Of a stretch of 64,000 bases of DNA, positions 9,839-20,539 are shown in pieces; the stretch's first letter is position 1; every line of letters begins with the position of its first letter. The notes under the pieces are model-generated. The model was not told the DNA's origin. It ran no database searches and saw only the letters and a program-made list of their open reading frames with translations. The translations under genes were made by a program, and so were the position numbers. This DNA is from Candidatus Cloacimonadales bacterium. Its GTDB lineage: Bacteria; Cloacimonadota; Cloacimonadia; Cloacimonadales; JAIOQZ01. Location of the stretch: positions 1,568,001-1,632,000 of the forward strand of contig OY762463.1 in NCBI GenBank assembly GCA_963665815.1, written 5' to 3'.

Positions 9839-10600
9839 ATGCGAAGAATAGTTCTTGATCTGTCTTTTGATGGAACTAATTTCAATGGATGGCAGATCCA
9901 GAAAACAGGTCGGACAATACAACAGGTTCTGGAAAATGCTCTATCTCAAATGGCAAAAGAGAAAATCAATATCACCGGATCAGGACGAACTGATTCAGGG
10001 GTTCATGCGATTCAGCAGATAGCTCATTTCGATTATAAAGGTAATATGAAACCCGAACAGATTAATCTTGCCCTGCACGCTATATTACCGGATGATATAA
10101 GAGTAAACAAAGTTATTGAAGTCGGAAACGACTTCCATGCCAGGTTTGATGCTTTCAGGCGAACATACAATTACCATATTGCGAAAAAAAGGACACCATT
10201 CAACAGATTGTATAAAAGCTGGTATCCTAAAATAGCATTTGAGACTGATTATCTCAGAGAAGCCTGCACTTACTTTTTGGGAGAACATGATTTTTCTTCC
10301 TTCGCAAAACCTAATCCTGATCTTAAACACTATAGATGTACTCTGGAAAAACTTGAACTCATTGAGACTGATGATTCCTATATCTTTGAAATTTCAGCGA
10401 ACAGATTTCTACATAATATGGTAAGAAGAATTGTAGGCTGCATGCTTACGCTGATGCATAAAAGAATCAATCCCGGCAAAATAAGTGAATTTTTAAACAA
10501 TCCACAACATAATCAGGTTCTTGTCCCCACCGCCCAACCTCAAGGGCTTTTCCTTGTAAAAGTGGAATATCCTGAAAACAGCTTTAACAATGAGAATTAA
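9839..10600 (+). CDS. truA: tRNA pseudouridine(38-40) synthase
   Basis: FDGTNFNGWQ, GSGRTDSGVHA, FHARF, FLHNMVR. Confidence 0.95.
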   Translation: MRRIVLDLSFDGTNFNGWQIQKTGRTIQQVLENALSQMAKEKINITGSGRTDSGVHAIQQIAHFDYKGNMKPEQINLALHAILPDDIRVNKVIEVGNDFHARFDAFRRTYNYHIAKKRTPFNRLYKSWYPKIAFETDYLREACTYFLGEHDFSSFAKPNPDLKHYRCTLEKLELIETDDSYIFEISANRFLHNMVRRIVGCMLTLMHKRINPGKISEFLNNPQHNQVLVPTAQPQGLFLVKVEYPENSFNNEN

Positions 10601-11771
10601 TATGAAACATGTAAAATATTTATTGCTTCTGATTATATGTATTGCTTTCATTACCGGGTGCGATGATGAAAGCAGTAAAAAAGAATGGACAGTCCTTATT
10701 TATATGGGGGCTGACAACAGCTTATCTTATTATGTTGACGATGAAATAAACGAGATTGAGAGATCGGTTTCGGACATGAACATAGTAATCCAGGTCGACA
10801 GAAGCTCTCTCAATTCTGACCTTGAGACTTTAACTTATGAGGTTAAGAATGATTCTACACCTGAAATTAAATCAAAAATAGTGAGAAGCCTTGGAGAAAC
10901 AGATTCTGCTGACTGGAGTAATGTTGCTGAGTTTCTGAAATGGGGTTACTCACGTTATCCTTCGGAAAAGAAAGCATTTATTATCTGGTCACATGGAAAT
11001 GGCTGGTCAAGAAGCAGACCCCATGCAGTTATTACAGACGATGATTTCAACAGCTCAATATCCATTTCCAATGGTGATTTCAGAAGAGTATTTGCCGAAT
11101 ATGGTGGAAATATTGATATACTAATGTTTGATGCCTGCCTGATGCAGACTGTTGAAGTACTGGGTGAGGTTCAGGGATATGCCGATTATGTAGTAGGATC
11201 TGAAGCAGAGATCTATGCTGATGCAGGCTATCCATATGATGAAATCCTCAGTAACTGGAATCAGTTTTCATCTACGAAAGAAATAGCTGCCGATATTGCA
11301 GAAAAAACAATTTTATCCTACCTCCCCGGAGGTTCTCAGCATGGAGGATATAACAATCAGGTTACGTGTTCTGTTGCAGATATGGGTAAGTATGACGAAC
11401 TCATGGCTTCATTATCTGATTTCTCTGAAAACTGGACAGACAGTTCAGCAGTGATGGAATCAATATACAAAACCTGTCTTAAGTTTGACTATGATGACGA
11501 AACAATTGATTTACATGAGTTTTTCACCTTACTTCATGTTGTCTCCGATACTGAAACACAAATCTATATTGAAAACGTTTTAACATGTCTGGAAAATTTG
11601 TTTGTGTATAAATCAAGTATAGGGTACTTCAATAACCTCATTGGGTATTGCTCAATATATTATCCTTCTACTTCAAATTTCTCTACTTCTCCACGTTTTA
11701 CCAGATACAGAAATCTGCTTTTCAACAGTAAATCCGGCTGGAGCGATTTTTTAATCAGAATATACAATTGA
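10590..11771 (+). CDS. Clostripain-family (C11) cysteine peptidase lipoprotein
   Basis: Lipobox ITGC; WTVLIYMGADNSL; catalytic SHG and FDACLM. Alternative start at 10602. Confidence 0.85.
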   Translation: MRINMKHVKYLLLLIICIAFITGCDDESSKKEWTVLIYMGADNSLSYYVDDEINEIERSVSDMNIVIQVDRSSLNSDLETLTYEVKNDSTPEIKSKIVRSLGETDSADWSNVAEFLKWGYSRYPSEKKAFIIWSHGNGWSRSRPHAVITDDDFNSSISISNGDFRRVFAEYGGNIDILMFDACLMQTVEVLGEVQGYADYVVGSEAEIYADAGYPYDEILSNWNQFSSTKEIAADIAEKTILSYLPGGSQHGGYNNQVTCSVADMGKYDELMASLSDFSENWTDSSAVMESIYKTCLKFDYDDETIDLHEFFTLLHVVSDTETQIYIENVLTCLENLFVYKSSIGYFNNLIGYCSIYYPSTSNFSTSPRFTRYRNLLFNSKSGWSDFLIRIYN

Positions 11772-11772
11772 A

Positions 11773-12039
11773 TGTGGATTGTTTTCAGGACAGATATTAC
11801 TGCATATAAACTAAATCACTGAATTTTATGGAGAAATGAATGTGGATAACTTGTGGATATCTCTTTCTGTACAAATGTAATTATCTCCATAAACCATTGT
11901 ATTTTCTAACTTTACAACATTTGTAACAGCTTTTCTTACATTGTGCATAAATTGCTAATAAATGTAATAAAATCTACCCTTCATTCTTCATTTAGAGCTG
12001 ACTGTTTTCCGTGAATTTATATAATTTCTTTTATTTACA
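11773..12039. promoter_or_regulatory. DnaA-box cluster (candidate oriC or DnaA regulatory locus)
   Basis: TGTGGATAA 11841-11849 (perfect), TGTGGATAT 11852-11860, TGTGCATAA 11942-11950; weaker TGTGGATTG 11773-11781, TATGGAGAA 11827-11835, TTATTTACA 12031-12039. Lies in a 557-nt AT-rich gap upstream of mnmG. Confidence 0.6.
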
Positions 12040-12222
12040 GGGTTTAATCAGATTGGAAAAAGAAATTTTTTTGCAAGAAATATTAACTTTCTTCCATAAT
12101 ATTCCACCTGAAATAAGCACTTAGACGCAGTTCCAATATGGCATGGTTTTCAATGAAAATTCCTGGATAATCAGGCTATCTTTTTCTTAAACAGTTAATT
12201 ATATGTTATTTTCTAAAGATTA

Positions 12223-12249
12223 TTGACACAATTTAATGTCTTATCATTG
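12223..12249 (+). promoter_or_regulatory. Putative mnmG promoter
   Basis: TTGACA at 12223-12228 followed by TATCATTG at 12242-12249. Confidence 0.45.
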
Positions 12250-12328
12250 TAAAGTAATAATTCACCGGAAGAAAAATATCTTGTCCAAAAGTTACTATTG
12301 AATTTTTGTGAAATTGGAGTAAAAGAAA

Positions 12329-14179
12329 ATGATTTATAAATATGATGTTATTGTAATCGGAGCCGGACATGCCGGTATTGAAGCAGCTCTGGCCGCTTCC
12401 AGAATGGGAGTTTCAACTCTGTTGGTTGTAATGAAATACGAACAGATTGGGATTATGTCCTGCAATCCGACTGTAGGAGGTCCGGCAAAAGGACACCTCG
12501 CAAGAGAGATAGATGCTCTCGGTGGAGAAATAGGAAGAGCTGCAGATCTTTCCGGAATTCAATTCAGGATGCTTAACAGAAAAAAAGGACCTGCTGTCTG
12601 GGCTCCAAGAAGTCAGAATGACAGAGCCGGATATGCCAATATCATGCGTGAAACCCTTGAAAACACGGATAATCTTGATGTTAAAGAATTGATAGCAACA
12701 GAACTTTTGATTGAGAAACAGACAGTCAAAGGAATAAACACACATCTCGGAATTAAGTTCTATGCTCCAAGAGTTATCATAGCCAGCGGAACTTTTCTTA
12801 ACGGAAAAATACATGTCGGCAATGTCAATTATTCCGGTGGGAGATCAGGAGAACCTGCCTCTAAAGCTCTCGCGGAATCCCTGAAAGAAATCGGATTACA
12901 GCTTGGTAGATTCAAAACAGGAACACCACCAAGAGTAGATATCAACACAGTCGATATTTCTGCAACAACACTCCAGCCCGGTGATGATAATCCCGAAGGA
13001 TTCTCCTGCTATAGAGATATTGAACTTAAGAACCTTGTTGACTGTTATTTAACATTCACAACTCCAAGAACTCATGAAATCATCAGAAATAATCTTGGGC
13101 TGTCATCATTATATGGAGGTAACATTTCGGGTACAGGACCAAGATACTGTCCTTCAATCGAAGATAAGATCGTGAAATTTGCAGGCAAAGATCAACATCA
13201 GGTATTCATTGAACCTGAAGGTATCCACACTCACGAATGTTATGTTAATGGAGTCTCCAACAGTCTTCCTCCTGCTGTACAGACAGAAATGATTAATTCC
13301 ATACCTTCTCTTGAGAAAGCAAAGATCATCCGCTTTGGGTATGCAATAGAATATGATTATGTAATTCCGTCTGAAATACGTCAAACACTTGAAACAAAAA
13401 AAATTGCAGGTTTATATCTTGCAGGTCAGATTAACGGAACATCGGGGTACGAAGAAGCTGCTGCTCAAGGTCTTGCTGCAGGTATTAATGCTGTAAAATC
13501 ACTATCGGGAGAAGATCCTTTTATTCTGGAAAGATCACATTCCTATATGGGAGTACTGATTGATGATCTTGTTACAAAAGGAACTGAAGAGCCTTATAGA
13601 CTGTTTACTTCCAGAGCAGAATACAGACTGTTTCTCAGACAAGATAACGCAGATGAACGTTTGATGCATATTGGCTACAAACTGGGGCTCGTTTCTGATG
13701 TCAGATGGCAGAGATACAAGAAAATGCTGGAAATAAAAGAACGTGAAATCAACTTCATGAAAAAAGCAAACTGTCTACCAAACAATCTAACTCGTGAACC
13801 TATCAAGTACTACACTCTGTTAAAGAGAAATGAAGTGAACTTTGAGAATCTTCATGAATTCGGTTACACATTTAAACCTGATGTTACATCACAGATAAAA
13901 AATAAAATAGAAATTGAATGCAAATATGAAGGCTACCTTAAGAGACAGCTCTCAGATATTCAGCGCTTCGATTCAATGGAACACCAGAGACTCCCTGAAA
14001 ACATAGACTTCATGTCAATAGAAACAATTGCCTGGGAAGCTCGAGAAAAACTGAAGAAAATACAGCCTGAATCCATAGGACAGGCAGCAAGGATTTCAGG
14101 AGTAAACAGAACAGACATAAATGCTCTGATTGTCTATTTGAAGAAAACGCAATCCGGTGATAAGGAGGATATGAAATGA
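12329..14179 (+). CDS. mnmG: tRNA uridine-5-carboxymethylaminomethyl modification enzyme MnmG/GidA
   Basis: GAGHAG, MSCNP, RFKTGTPPR, GPRYCPSIEDK, AGQINGTSGYEEAAAQG. Confidence 0.97.
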   Translation: MIYKYDVIVIGAGHAGIEAALAASRMGVSTLLVVMKYEQIGIMSCNPTVGGPAKGHLAREIDALGGEIGRAADLSGIQFRMLNRKKGPAVWAPRSQNDRAGYANIMRETLENTDNLDVKELIATELLIEKQTVKGINTHLGIKFYAPRVIIASGTFLNGKIHVGNVNYSGGRSGEPASKALAESLKEIGLQLGRFKTGTPPRVDINTVDISATTLQPGDDNPEGFSCYRDIELKNLVDCYLTFTTPRTHEIIRNNLGLSSLYGGNISGTGPRYCPSIEDKIVKFAGKDQHQVFIEPEGIHTHECYVNGVSNSLPPAVQTEMINSIPSLEKAKIIRFGYAIEYDYVIPSEIRQTLETKKIAGLYLAGQINGTSGYEEAAAQGLAAGINAVKSLSGEDPFILERSHSYMGVLIDDLVTKGTEEPYRLFTSRAEYRLFLRQDNADERLMHIGYKLGLVSDVRWQRYKKMLEIKEREINFMKKANCLPNNLTREPIKYYTLLKRNEVNFENLHEFGYTFKPDVTSQIKNKIEIECKYEGYLKRQLSDIQRFDSMEHQRLPENIDFMSIETIAWEAREKLKKIQPESIGQAARISGVNRTDINALIVYLKKTQSGDKEDMK

Positions 14180-14895
14180 AATTTGCAGCAGTAATTCCGG
14201 CACGGTATCAATCTCAGAGATTTCCGGGTAAACCTCTTGCTTTGCTGAATAACAAACCCATAATCCTACATGTCTATGATTCTGTAGTTAAAACCGAATT
14301 GTTTGATTTTGTTGCAGTTGCTACTGATGACGCCAGAATAAAGCATACTGTAGAGAATGCAGGAGGTATTGTAATAATGACTTCTGAATCTCATCAGAGT
14401 GGTACTGACAGGATACATGAAGCAAGTTCAAGTATTGATGCAGATGTAATTATTAATGTGCAGGGTGACGAACCTTTCATAAACATAGATCCACTGAAGA
14501 GACTGGTAGAATGTTTTAGATCTGAAACTGTTGAAGTTGCATCATTGATGCATAAAATCAGTAATGAAGAAGAGATCTTCAATCCTAACATTGTTAAAGT
14601 TATAACTGATGATAATGATTTTGCTTTATACTTCTCGAGATCGGCAATACCATATAACCGAGACAAAATTAATGATGTAACCTATTGGAAACATATCGGA
14701 GTTTACGGTTATACAATTGAAGCTCTGAATGCTTTTGTTGGGTATCCTCAATCCGCGCTTGAGAAAATTGAAAAACTGGAACAACTGAGATTTCTCAGCA
14801 ATGGTTATAAGATAAAAATGATTAAATCCGAGTATAAAGGATTTGGCATTGATACTCCGGAAGATCTGCTAAAAGCAGAAAAAGTATTTGACTGA
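14176..14895 (+). CDS. kdsB: 3-deoxy-manno-octulosonate cytidylyltransferase
   Basis: IPARYQSQRFPGKPL, SGTDR, NVQGDEP, ALYFSRS, EKLEQLR. Confidence 0.95.
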   Translation: MKFAAVIPARYQSQRFPGKPLALLNNKPIILHVYDSVVKTELFDFVAVATDDARIKHTVENAGGIVIMTSESHQSGTDRIHEASSSIDADVIINVQGDEPFINIDPLKRLVECFRSETVEVASLMHKISNEEEIFNPNIVKVITDDNDFALYFSRSAIPYNRDKINDVTYWKHIGVYGYTIEALNAFVGYPQSALEKIEKLEQLRFLSNGYKIKMIKSEYKGFGIDTPEDLLKAEKVFD

Positions 14896-14980
14896 GTATC
14901 TTACCAAACAGTATTTTATATTCAATAGTCATTCATAGCCTATGGCATTGATTATGCATAAATAATAATTGGAGGAAACT

Positions 14981-15589
14981 ATGAAAAAGTTTTTAATATA
15001 TTTTGTAATGCTTGCTATAGCAGCAACTTTTCTGATTAGCTGTAGTAACAATAAAACCGTCAGAGGCAGTGATGAGTTGATTTCGGGGAATAATAATCCT
15101 AAATGGGTAGATGAACCGGAAAAAGCTTCCACTAAAAAAGAAAAAGCATTTATTGGAGTTTCCAGACAATTCAGTATGGAACAGGATGCAAGATCAGATG
15201 CCAGAAGAGATGCTTACAAACAGGCTGCCGAAGCACTCGGAGTTTATGTAAAAAGTAAAGTCAACGAAGTTGTTTCATCTGTAAACATGAGCGACAATAT
15301 CCTTTCACCTGCTATTGTAAGAGATGAGTTAAGCAGAATTGAAGCTGCGGGAATTACAGTCGGAAATGTAAAAGAATATCATGTTCAGAAGTATCAAAAG
15401 ACTGATGAAGACAAAGTATCATACTATTATGTAGCATATTGCCAGTATCTTGTGGATAAAAATTATTCTAAAGAAGTAATGGAAAATATTGTTAAAAAAC
15501 AAAGGGAAAAAACTGAAAACGAAAAAGATAAAGTTCAATTAGATAGAGCTCTGGAAAAAATCAAAGAACTTGATACATCCGGTTTTTAA
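14981..15589 (+). CDS. Lipoprotein, LPP20-like
   Basis: GGAGG RBS, MKKFL signal with lipobox LISC, PKWV motif. Confidence 0.65.
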   Translation: MKKFLIYFVMLAIAATFLISCSNNKTVRGSDELISGNNNPKWVDEPEKASTKKEKAFIGVSRQFSMEQDARSDARRDAYKQAAEALGVYVKSKVNEVVSSVNMSDNILSPAIVRDELSRIEAAGITVGNVKEYHVQKYQKTDEDKVSYYYVAYCQYLVDKNYSKEVMENIVKKQREKTENEKDKVQLDRALEKIKELDTSGF

Positions 15590-15619
15590 AATATCCCATA
15601 TTATAAGATATATATAATT

Positions 15620-15651
15620 ACAGGCTGCTGAAATCTCAGCAGCCTGTTTTT
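15620..15651 (+). terminator. Intrinsic terminator
   Basis: ACAGGCTGCTGA-AATC-TCAGCAGCCTGT followed by a T-run, between convergent genes. Confidence 0.85.
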
Positions 15652-15694
15652 CGGGTAATCAGCAGAGTCTGTGAATCAACTGCCAGTCGACTCT

Positions 15695-18600
15695 CTATTT
15701 CAAGAGTACTGCTTTGATTGTGTTATTGAAACTGCCTGACTCAATTCGGATAAAGTATACTCCACTTCCGACCTGATTTCCATGGTTGTTTTTACCATGC
15801 CAGACAACACTATGCCTTCCCGCATCGTTAAAATCACTAACCAGAGTTTTAACCAGTTCACCTTTAATATTGTACACTTTTACTTCCGTATACTTTCCTG
15901 CTTTTAGTGAATATTGTATTCTTGTATCCGGATTAAACGGATTAGGTTGATTCTGTTCAAGACAATCTGTATATACATTTACGTCTCCATCCTCTATTCC
16001 TGTAGAATGCCTGAGGATATCTATTGTTTCGGAAGAAGCACTTTCACCATTCATGTAAAGAGATGTAACATAGTAGTATTCCTGAACTTCTGATTCAACT
16101 TCTTCTGACCAGGTTGAATCAGATGTAGTATCATATAGTCTAAATCCGGAAACATGATCCCATTTATATATCTTGTAATGCACAAAATCGTCTCTGTTTT
16201 CTCCGACAGAATTCCATACAAGTACAGCATCTGCTCCATCAACATCTCCTGAGATTCCTTCCGGTCTCCAGAGGAAGTCAAAGTCAAGATTAAGATTACT
16301 CGCTTCATTACCTGAAGTCACCGTAATATCTTCTAATGTATCATCGGCGTAATCTTTGCATTCTCCATTCAGACTGTATGTTCCCGGAGCGACATAGAAA
16401 CTGAAGTCCCTGTCATCTAAACCGGTCAAACCGTATATTCCACTCTTCAGAATAACATCTCCAACATTCGTGTTATTATTGTTTGAGAAACTCACCTGAC
16501 CTGAAAGAACACTGTAATCACTCGTTGACTGTCCTATTTCCATGTTAATGAAATCAGTATAAGATTCGCCACCATCACAAGTATAATCAAGCTTAAGTTC
16601 AAACTTTTCACCTGCGGACATTCCCATACCTGTAGTGAAGGTTAACTGAGATTGAGTAACACAATTGCGAGCAAGTTCAAGATCATTTACTGCATCAACA
16701 ATAAAAGAAATGTTCGCATTACTGCATGATACTGAGATATCGAGATCATCAATTGATTCAACACCGGAGTTAGTAATATTCAAGACCAGATTAACAGTTT
16801 CACCTGCATCAAGAATATTGTTTCCAGTACTACTTTCTAAAATGAAGTAATCTGTCAATTGAGCAAACTTTTCCGGGGCATTTTTAAGTACAGTTGTAAA
16901 CATTATTGCCGTATTGTTTCCCAATTGAACTGAAGTATCGTCATATTCATTGTTATATGTATACTCCAGACCGGTCACTTCATCATGAGATTCCAATCCA
17001 ACAGTACAGTAATTTCCCATTTTGGGTTCTCCGTCAAGAGTGAAATAACTATCAGAATTATTAAATACTTTGTACTGTATCTTAATATTACCATCTCCCG
17101 TTGGAGTTGAATAATAGTCCGGATCATAAAGTACAATCTGGAATGTTTCTTCAGTACTTCCCTGTTTATTTTTACAGTGTGACCACTCAACAATATATGT
17201 ATTGTCTGTACTATTATAATAGTAGTAAACACCTGCACCATTACCAATATATATATCATCCCAGAATGCGGCAATCATTGGGCTTGGTCCACATGCATCA
17301 GGTATAGGATAGTTTCTGAACATAACTTGTTCAGTCTCATATTCTCCTATATTGGAAAATGTAATCCAACCATTTGAACTGATACCAATTCTTGAATAAT
17401 CAATACCATACATTTTAAATGTAAAAGGTAAATCAAAGTGTTTGATATGCTGAGTCACTCCATTAACCGGATCATGATTTCCGTTATCTATAAGCTGAGT
17501 ATTGGTTCCAGAAAAAGCACCCGGACGAGAAGGATCAATTTCAACCCAGTAATATGTTGGGCTATACTGGTATGAAACATCACCTTGATCTAAGGCAATA
17601 TAACCATAGTTGTCCGGGCCTGTAGAAAAATTCTGTCCTGTGTTAGCTGTGACAGGAATTGTAATTTTCTTTGTCTCGGAATATCCCGAGTAATTGAATA
17701 AATTCAGTGTAAAGTTTATTTCATTTTCATAGATTGCGTTTTGAAGAACTTCAATATTAAATTCATCTCCTGTATTGGAAATTGATTCCATATTCAGGAT
17801 TGATCCCCAGTATCCTGTGTCATCGGTAACAATGACACTGTGATGATCTGACTCAAGTCTTCCATATATGTTTTCCAGGTCTGAGCCGGAATTCAGAATA
17901 TTCATCTTTATACTATAATTGTTTCCTGCCTGAATTTCAGGATTAACAGAATTATCATCTACAAAAACACTGCTTACTTCAAGAGATGGAACAACAACAG
18001 GAACTCTTAGCTTGGAATTCCATACATTTGAATTGTCATCCTCAACTGTAATGTCGAATACAATATCTGTATCTTCCTGAATATCCTCTGAGAAATATAC
18101 TACATATCCATTATTTCCTGTTACAATACCATTAATATAGATTGTAGAGAAATTGTCTTCATTGTCAACGATGTACACACAAGTGTCATCGGAGTTCAGT
18201 GCAACTACCGGATTGAATGCAGCAGCATCACTGAAATTCTTCAAGGTAAGATCAATCTTCACCTTTTCACCAGGATTTATAACTCCATCATTGTTACCGT
18301 TAGTTTCATCAGTTACATCATCATGTATCTGGATAGAATATGGTTTCATAGCATTTGCTGCAGTGACCGGAACACTCTCAATAATTGGTTCGTAATCTGG
18401 TTTTGTCACAACAATATCAAGAGAGCTATCCAAGTTGTTCTCAATAAAAATCTCTGCATTGCCGTCATTATCTGAGTACACTGATTGATGAAAATTATCA
18501 TCATGAATAGTTACCCAGGCATTTTCTATAGGATTTCCATCTGAATCCTGAACAAGTATTTCTATTGAGTTATCAATTGTACTGACAGTTCCCCCATTAC

Positions 18601-20332
18601 TGACAATGCTGTAGCTCATTGATTTCACAGGTTCTTTCCAGACATCTATTGATGGATCTCCCATCAAGTTATTCCATTCAGTAAAATCTTCTGTCGAATT
18701 GGATGAGATATTATAATATGTATTATAGAGAGTAAGTTTCCCTCTCATAATAGCTTCACCCATTGTACTCAAATTATCTTTGTATAAACCGTACATTGTT
18801 CCATTTGTCATACAGTTATTCATTTGAGTATGTGTATGTGTTGTTGCCAGTCCGATCGCAGTTATTGCCCCTTTTGGAGAATTTGGGTATCCCGCTCTTG
18901 TGAGATATTCCGTGTTACTTGTTGATGTAGTGTATGTCCCTGAACTACATGTATTAATAACTGCATTAACTAACTTGTCAGTATTAACAAGATTACCAAT
19001 ATCTGAGCTATCCCATCCGCTCATTCCGGACCAACCTCTGTATATGAAGAAAAGAGCTCCTGCATCAATTGCATTATTCATTAGATTGTTATCCGGATTT
19101 CCATCATATATTTCTGTGAATGTATGTGTCGGATGTCTCTCTAAAATGAGATCTTTGGCATATTTACATGTTACTACACAGGAAAGCCCTGAGGGACTAG
19201 TATCTCCTACAAGTAGAGATTTATCAAACGTATTCAGGTTCAATGATGTATCTCTCTCATACTGATTCATTTTAGCCATATATGTACTGAACTGAGTTAC
19301 ATTGTTAATAGAAATTCTTCCTACAAATGCTTCCGGAAGAATATCATTTCCATCAAGACATGCATAGTAATGATCCCCATATCCCTGTGCTGCAGTGCTT
19401 ATTGATCCTCTTGCATCTCCAATGAGCAAAATATAATCTGGTGGATATGTCGAATTCTGATAAAGGTTTAAAAGATAATTTTTAATTGATGAGGAATTGT
19501 TAGATAGTCCATTTACACCTATCTCGGCAATCTCTACATGAAATCCTTTGTTTCTCTTCCATTCAGCATACATTTCAACTTCAAGAAGTAAGTCACTGTT
19601 TGAAGGGCACATAACTACAATAGATTTTTGCTGATATTCTGTTCTTTCTGAATTTCGAACAGATTCATAATTTAATAGCAAACTGCTGTAAATTTTCTCA
19701 AAAGCTCTTGATTTCTTCCTTTCAGTTGTGATTTCATTTGCTCCATAATCACTGAATCTAGTAATTCTGAATGTGACTTTTCGAGTAATTGTAAGATCTC
19801 CTGTTACAACATCATAAGACATTGGACTTACTGTGAGATTCACAGTTCGAACATCTCTCAATATTGCCGGGCTACTAAGTGTAAGCAATTGCATGGGTTG
19901 ATATCCTTTGACAAAATGCTTATCATAATAGTTGGAATTGTACTGAAACTCCAGTGGTTTTTCTGTATCCTGCACTCCTTGGGCAGGATACACTACAATA
20001 TTATTGAGTTTTTCAGTAGTTTTATCCAACTCCTCAACTTTGTAAGCTCCTGTGTTTCTAACAGCAAACATTGCTGAGAAGTTTAACAGTTCCGGAAATC
20101 CTTTTTGAAGCGAAACACCTGCATCGATATTATAAAAACGAGTAAACTCTTTCCCTTCTGCACTTTCTATCCCAGAAAGATATTCGGGAATATTAAATTC
20201 AACTTCAATGAAGTTTGTACCTTGATTAAGAATTGTAAAAATATCAGATTCTTTGATCTGAGCATTAAGAAAACTGAAATTGAATAACGCAATAAAGATA
20301 AGCCATAAGACCAATATTTTTCTGTCTCTCAT
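15695..20332 (-). CDS. Gingipain-like C25 family secreted protein (propeptide + C25 + Ig-like repeats + FlgD-Ig/T9SS-like CTD)
   Basis: Signal peptide; GFPEL propeptide; YAEWKRNKG, YILLIGD, FVGRIS, NLMGDPS; C-terminal QNQPNPFNP...SGVYFIR...AVLLK. Start chosen from the GGAGG RBS. Confidence 0.87.
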   Translation of the reverse strand: MRDRKILVLWLIFIALFNFSFLNAQIKESDIFTILNQGTNFIEVEFNIPEYLSGIESAEGKEFTRFYNIDAGVSLQKGFPELLNFSAMFAVRNTGAYKVEELDKTTEKLNNIVVYPAQGVQDTEKPLEFQYNSNYYDKHFVKGYQPMQLLTLSSPAILRDVRTVNLTVSPMSYDVVTGDLTITRKVTFRITRFSDYGANEITTERKKSRAFEKIYSSLLLNYESVRNSERTEYQQKSIVVMCPSNSDLLLEVEMYAEWKRNKGFHVEIAEIGVNGLSNNSSSIKNYLLNLYQNSTYPPDYILLIGDARGSISTAAQGYGDHYYACLDGNDILPEAFVGRISINNVTQFSTYMAKMNQYERDTSLNLNTFDKSLLVGDTSPSGLSCVVTCKYAKDLILERHPTHTFTEIYDGNPDNNLMNNAIDAGALFFIYRGWSGMSGWDSSDIGNLVNTDKLVNAVINTCSSGTYTTSTSNTEYLTRAGYPNSPKGAITAIGLATTHTHTQMNNCMTNGTMYGLYKDNLSTMGEAIMRGKLTLYNTYYNISSNSTEDFTEWNNLMGDPSIDVWKEPVKSMSYSIVSNGGTVSTIDNSIEILVQDSDGNPIENAWVTIHDDNFHQSVYSDNDGNAEIFIENNLDSSLDIVVTKPDYEPIIESVPVTAANAMKPYSIQIHDDVTDETNGNNDGVINPGEKVKIDLTLKNFSDAAAFNPVVALNSDDTCVYIVDNEDNFSTIYINGIVTGNNGYVVYFSEDIQEDTDIVFDITVEDDNSNVWNSKLRVPVVVPSLEVSSVFVDDNSVNPEIQAGNNYSIKMNILNSGSDLENIYGRLESDHHSVIVTDDTGYWGSILNMESISNTGDEFNIEVLQNAIYENEINFTLNLFNYSGYSETKKITIPVTANTGQNFSTGPDNYGYIALDQGDVSYQYSPTYYWVEIDPSRPGAFSGTNTQLIDNGNHDPVNGVTQHIKHFDLPFTFKMYGIDYSRIGISSNGWITFSNIGEYETEQVMFRNYPIPDACGPSPMIAAFWDDIYIGNGAGVYYYYNSTDNTYIVEWSHCKNKQGSTEETFQIVLYDPDYYSTPTGDGNIKIQYKVFNNSDSYFTLDGEPKMGNYCTVGLESHDEVTGLEYTYNNEYDDTSVQLGNNTAIMFTTVLKNAPEKFAQLTDYFILESSTGNNILDAGETVNLVLNITNSGVESIDDLDISVSCSNANISFIVDAVNDLELARNCVTQSQLTFTTGMGMSAGEKFELKLDYTCDGGESYTDFINMEIGQSTSDYSVLSGQVSFSNNNNTNVGDVILKSGIYGLTGLDDRDFSFYVAPGTYSLNGECKDYADDTLEDITVTSGNEASNLNLDFDFLWRPEGISGDVDGADAVLVWNSVGENRDDFVHYKIYKWDHVSGFRLYDTTSDSTWSEEVESEVQEYYYVTSLYMNGESASSETIDILRHSTGIEDGDVNVYTDCLEQNQPNPFNPDTRIQYSLKAGKYTEVKVYNIKGELVKTLVSDFNDAGRHSVVWHGKNNHGNQVGSGVYFIRIESGSFNNTIKAVLLK

Positions 20333-20539
20333 GAACACCTCCGAATAATTTATGTCGGAGATCTAATAAGATAATAGCAGACACAAAACACAATTTTACC
20401 CTTGCCACAGTTCTTCAAGTCCCAACTTTTAAAAAACTGATTCTCTAATATCTTCAAAGTCTCCAACACCTGTCAAATAAGCAATAAGCGTTCCATTTAA
20501 ATAATTTTTATTGTTGATTATTTTTATTCATTATATATT

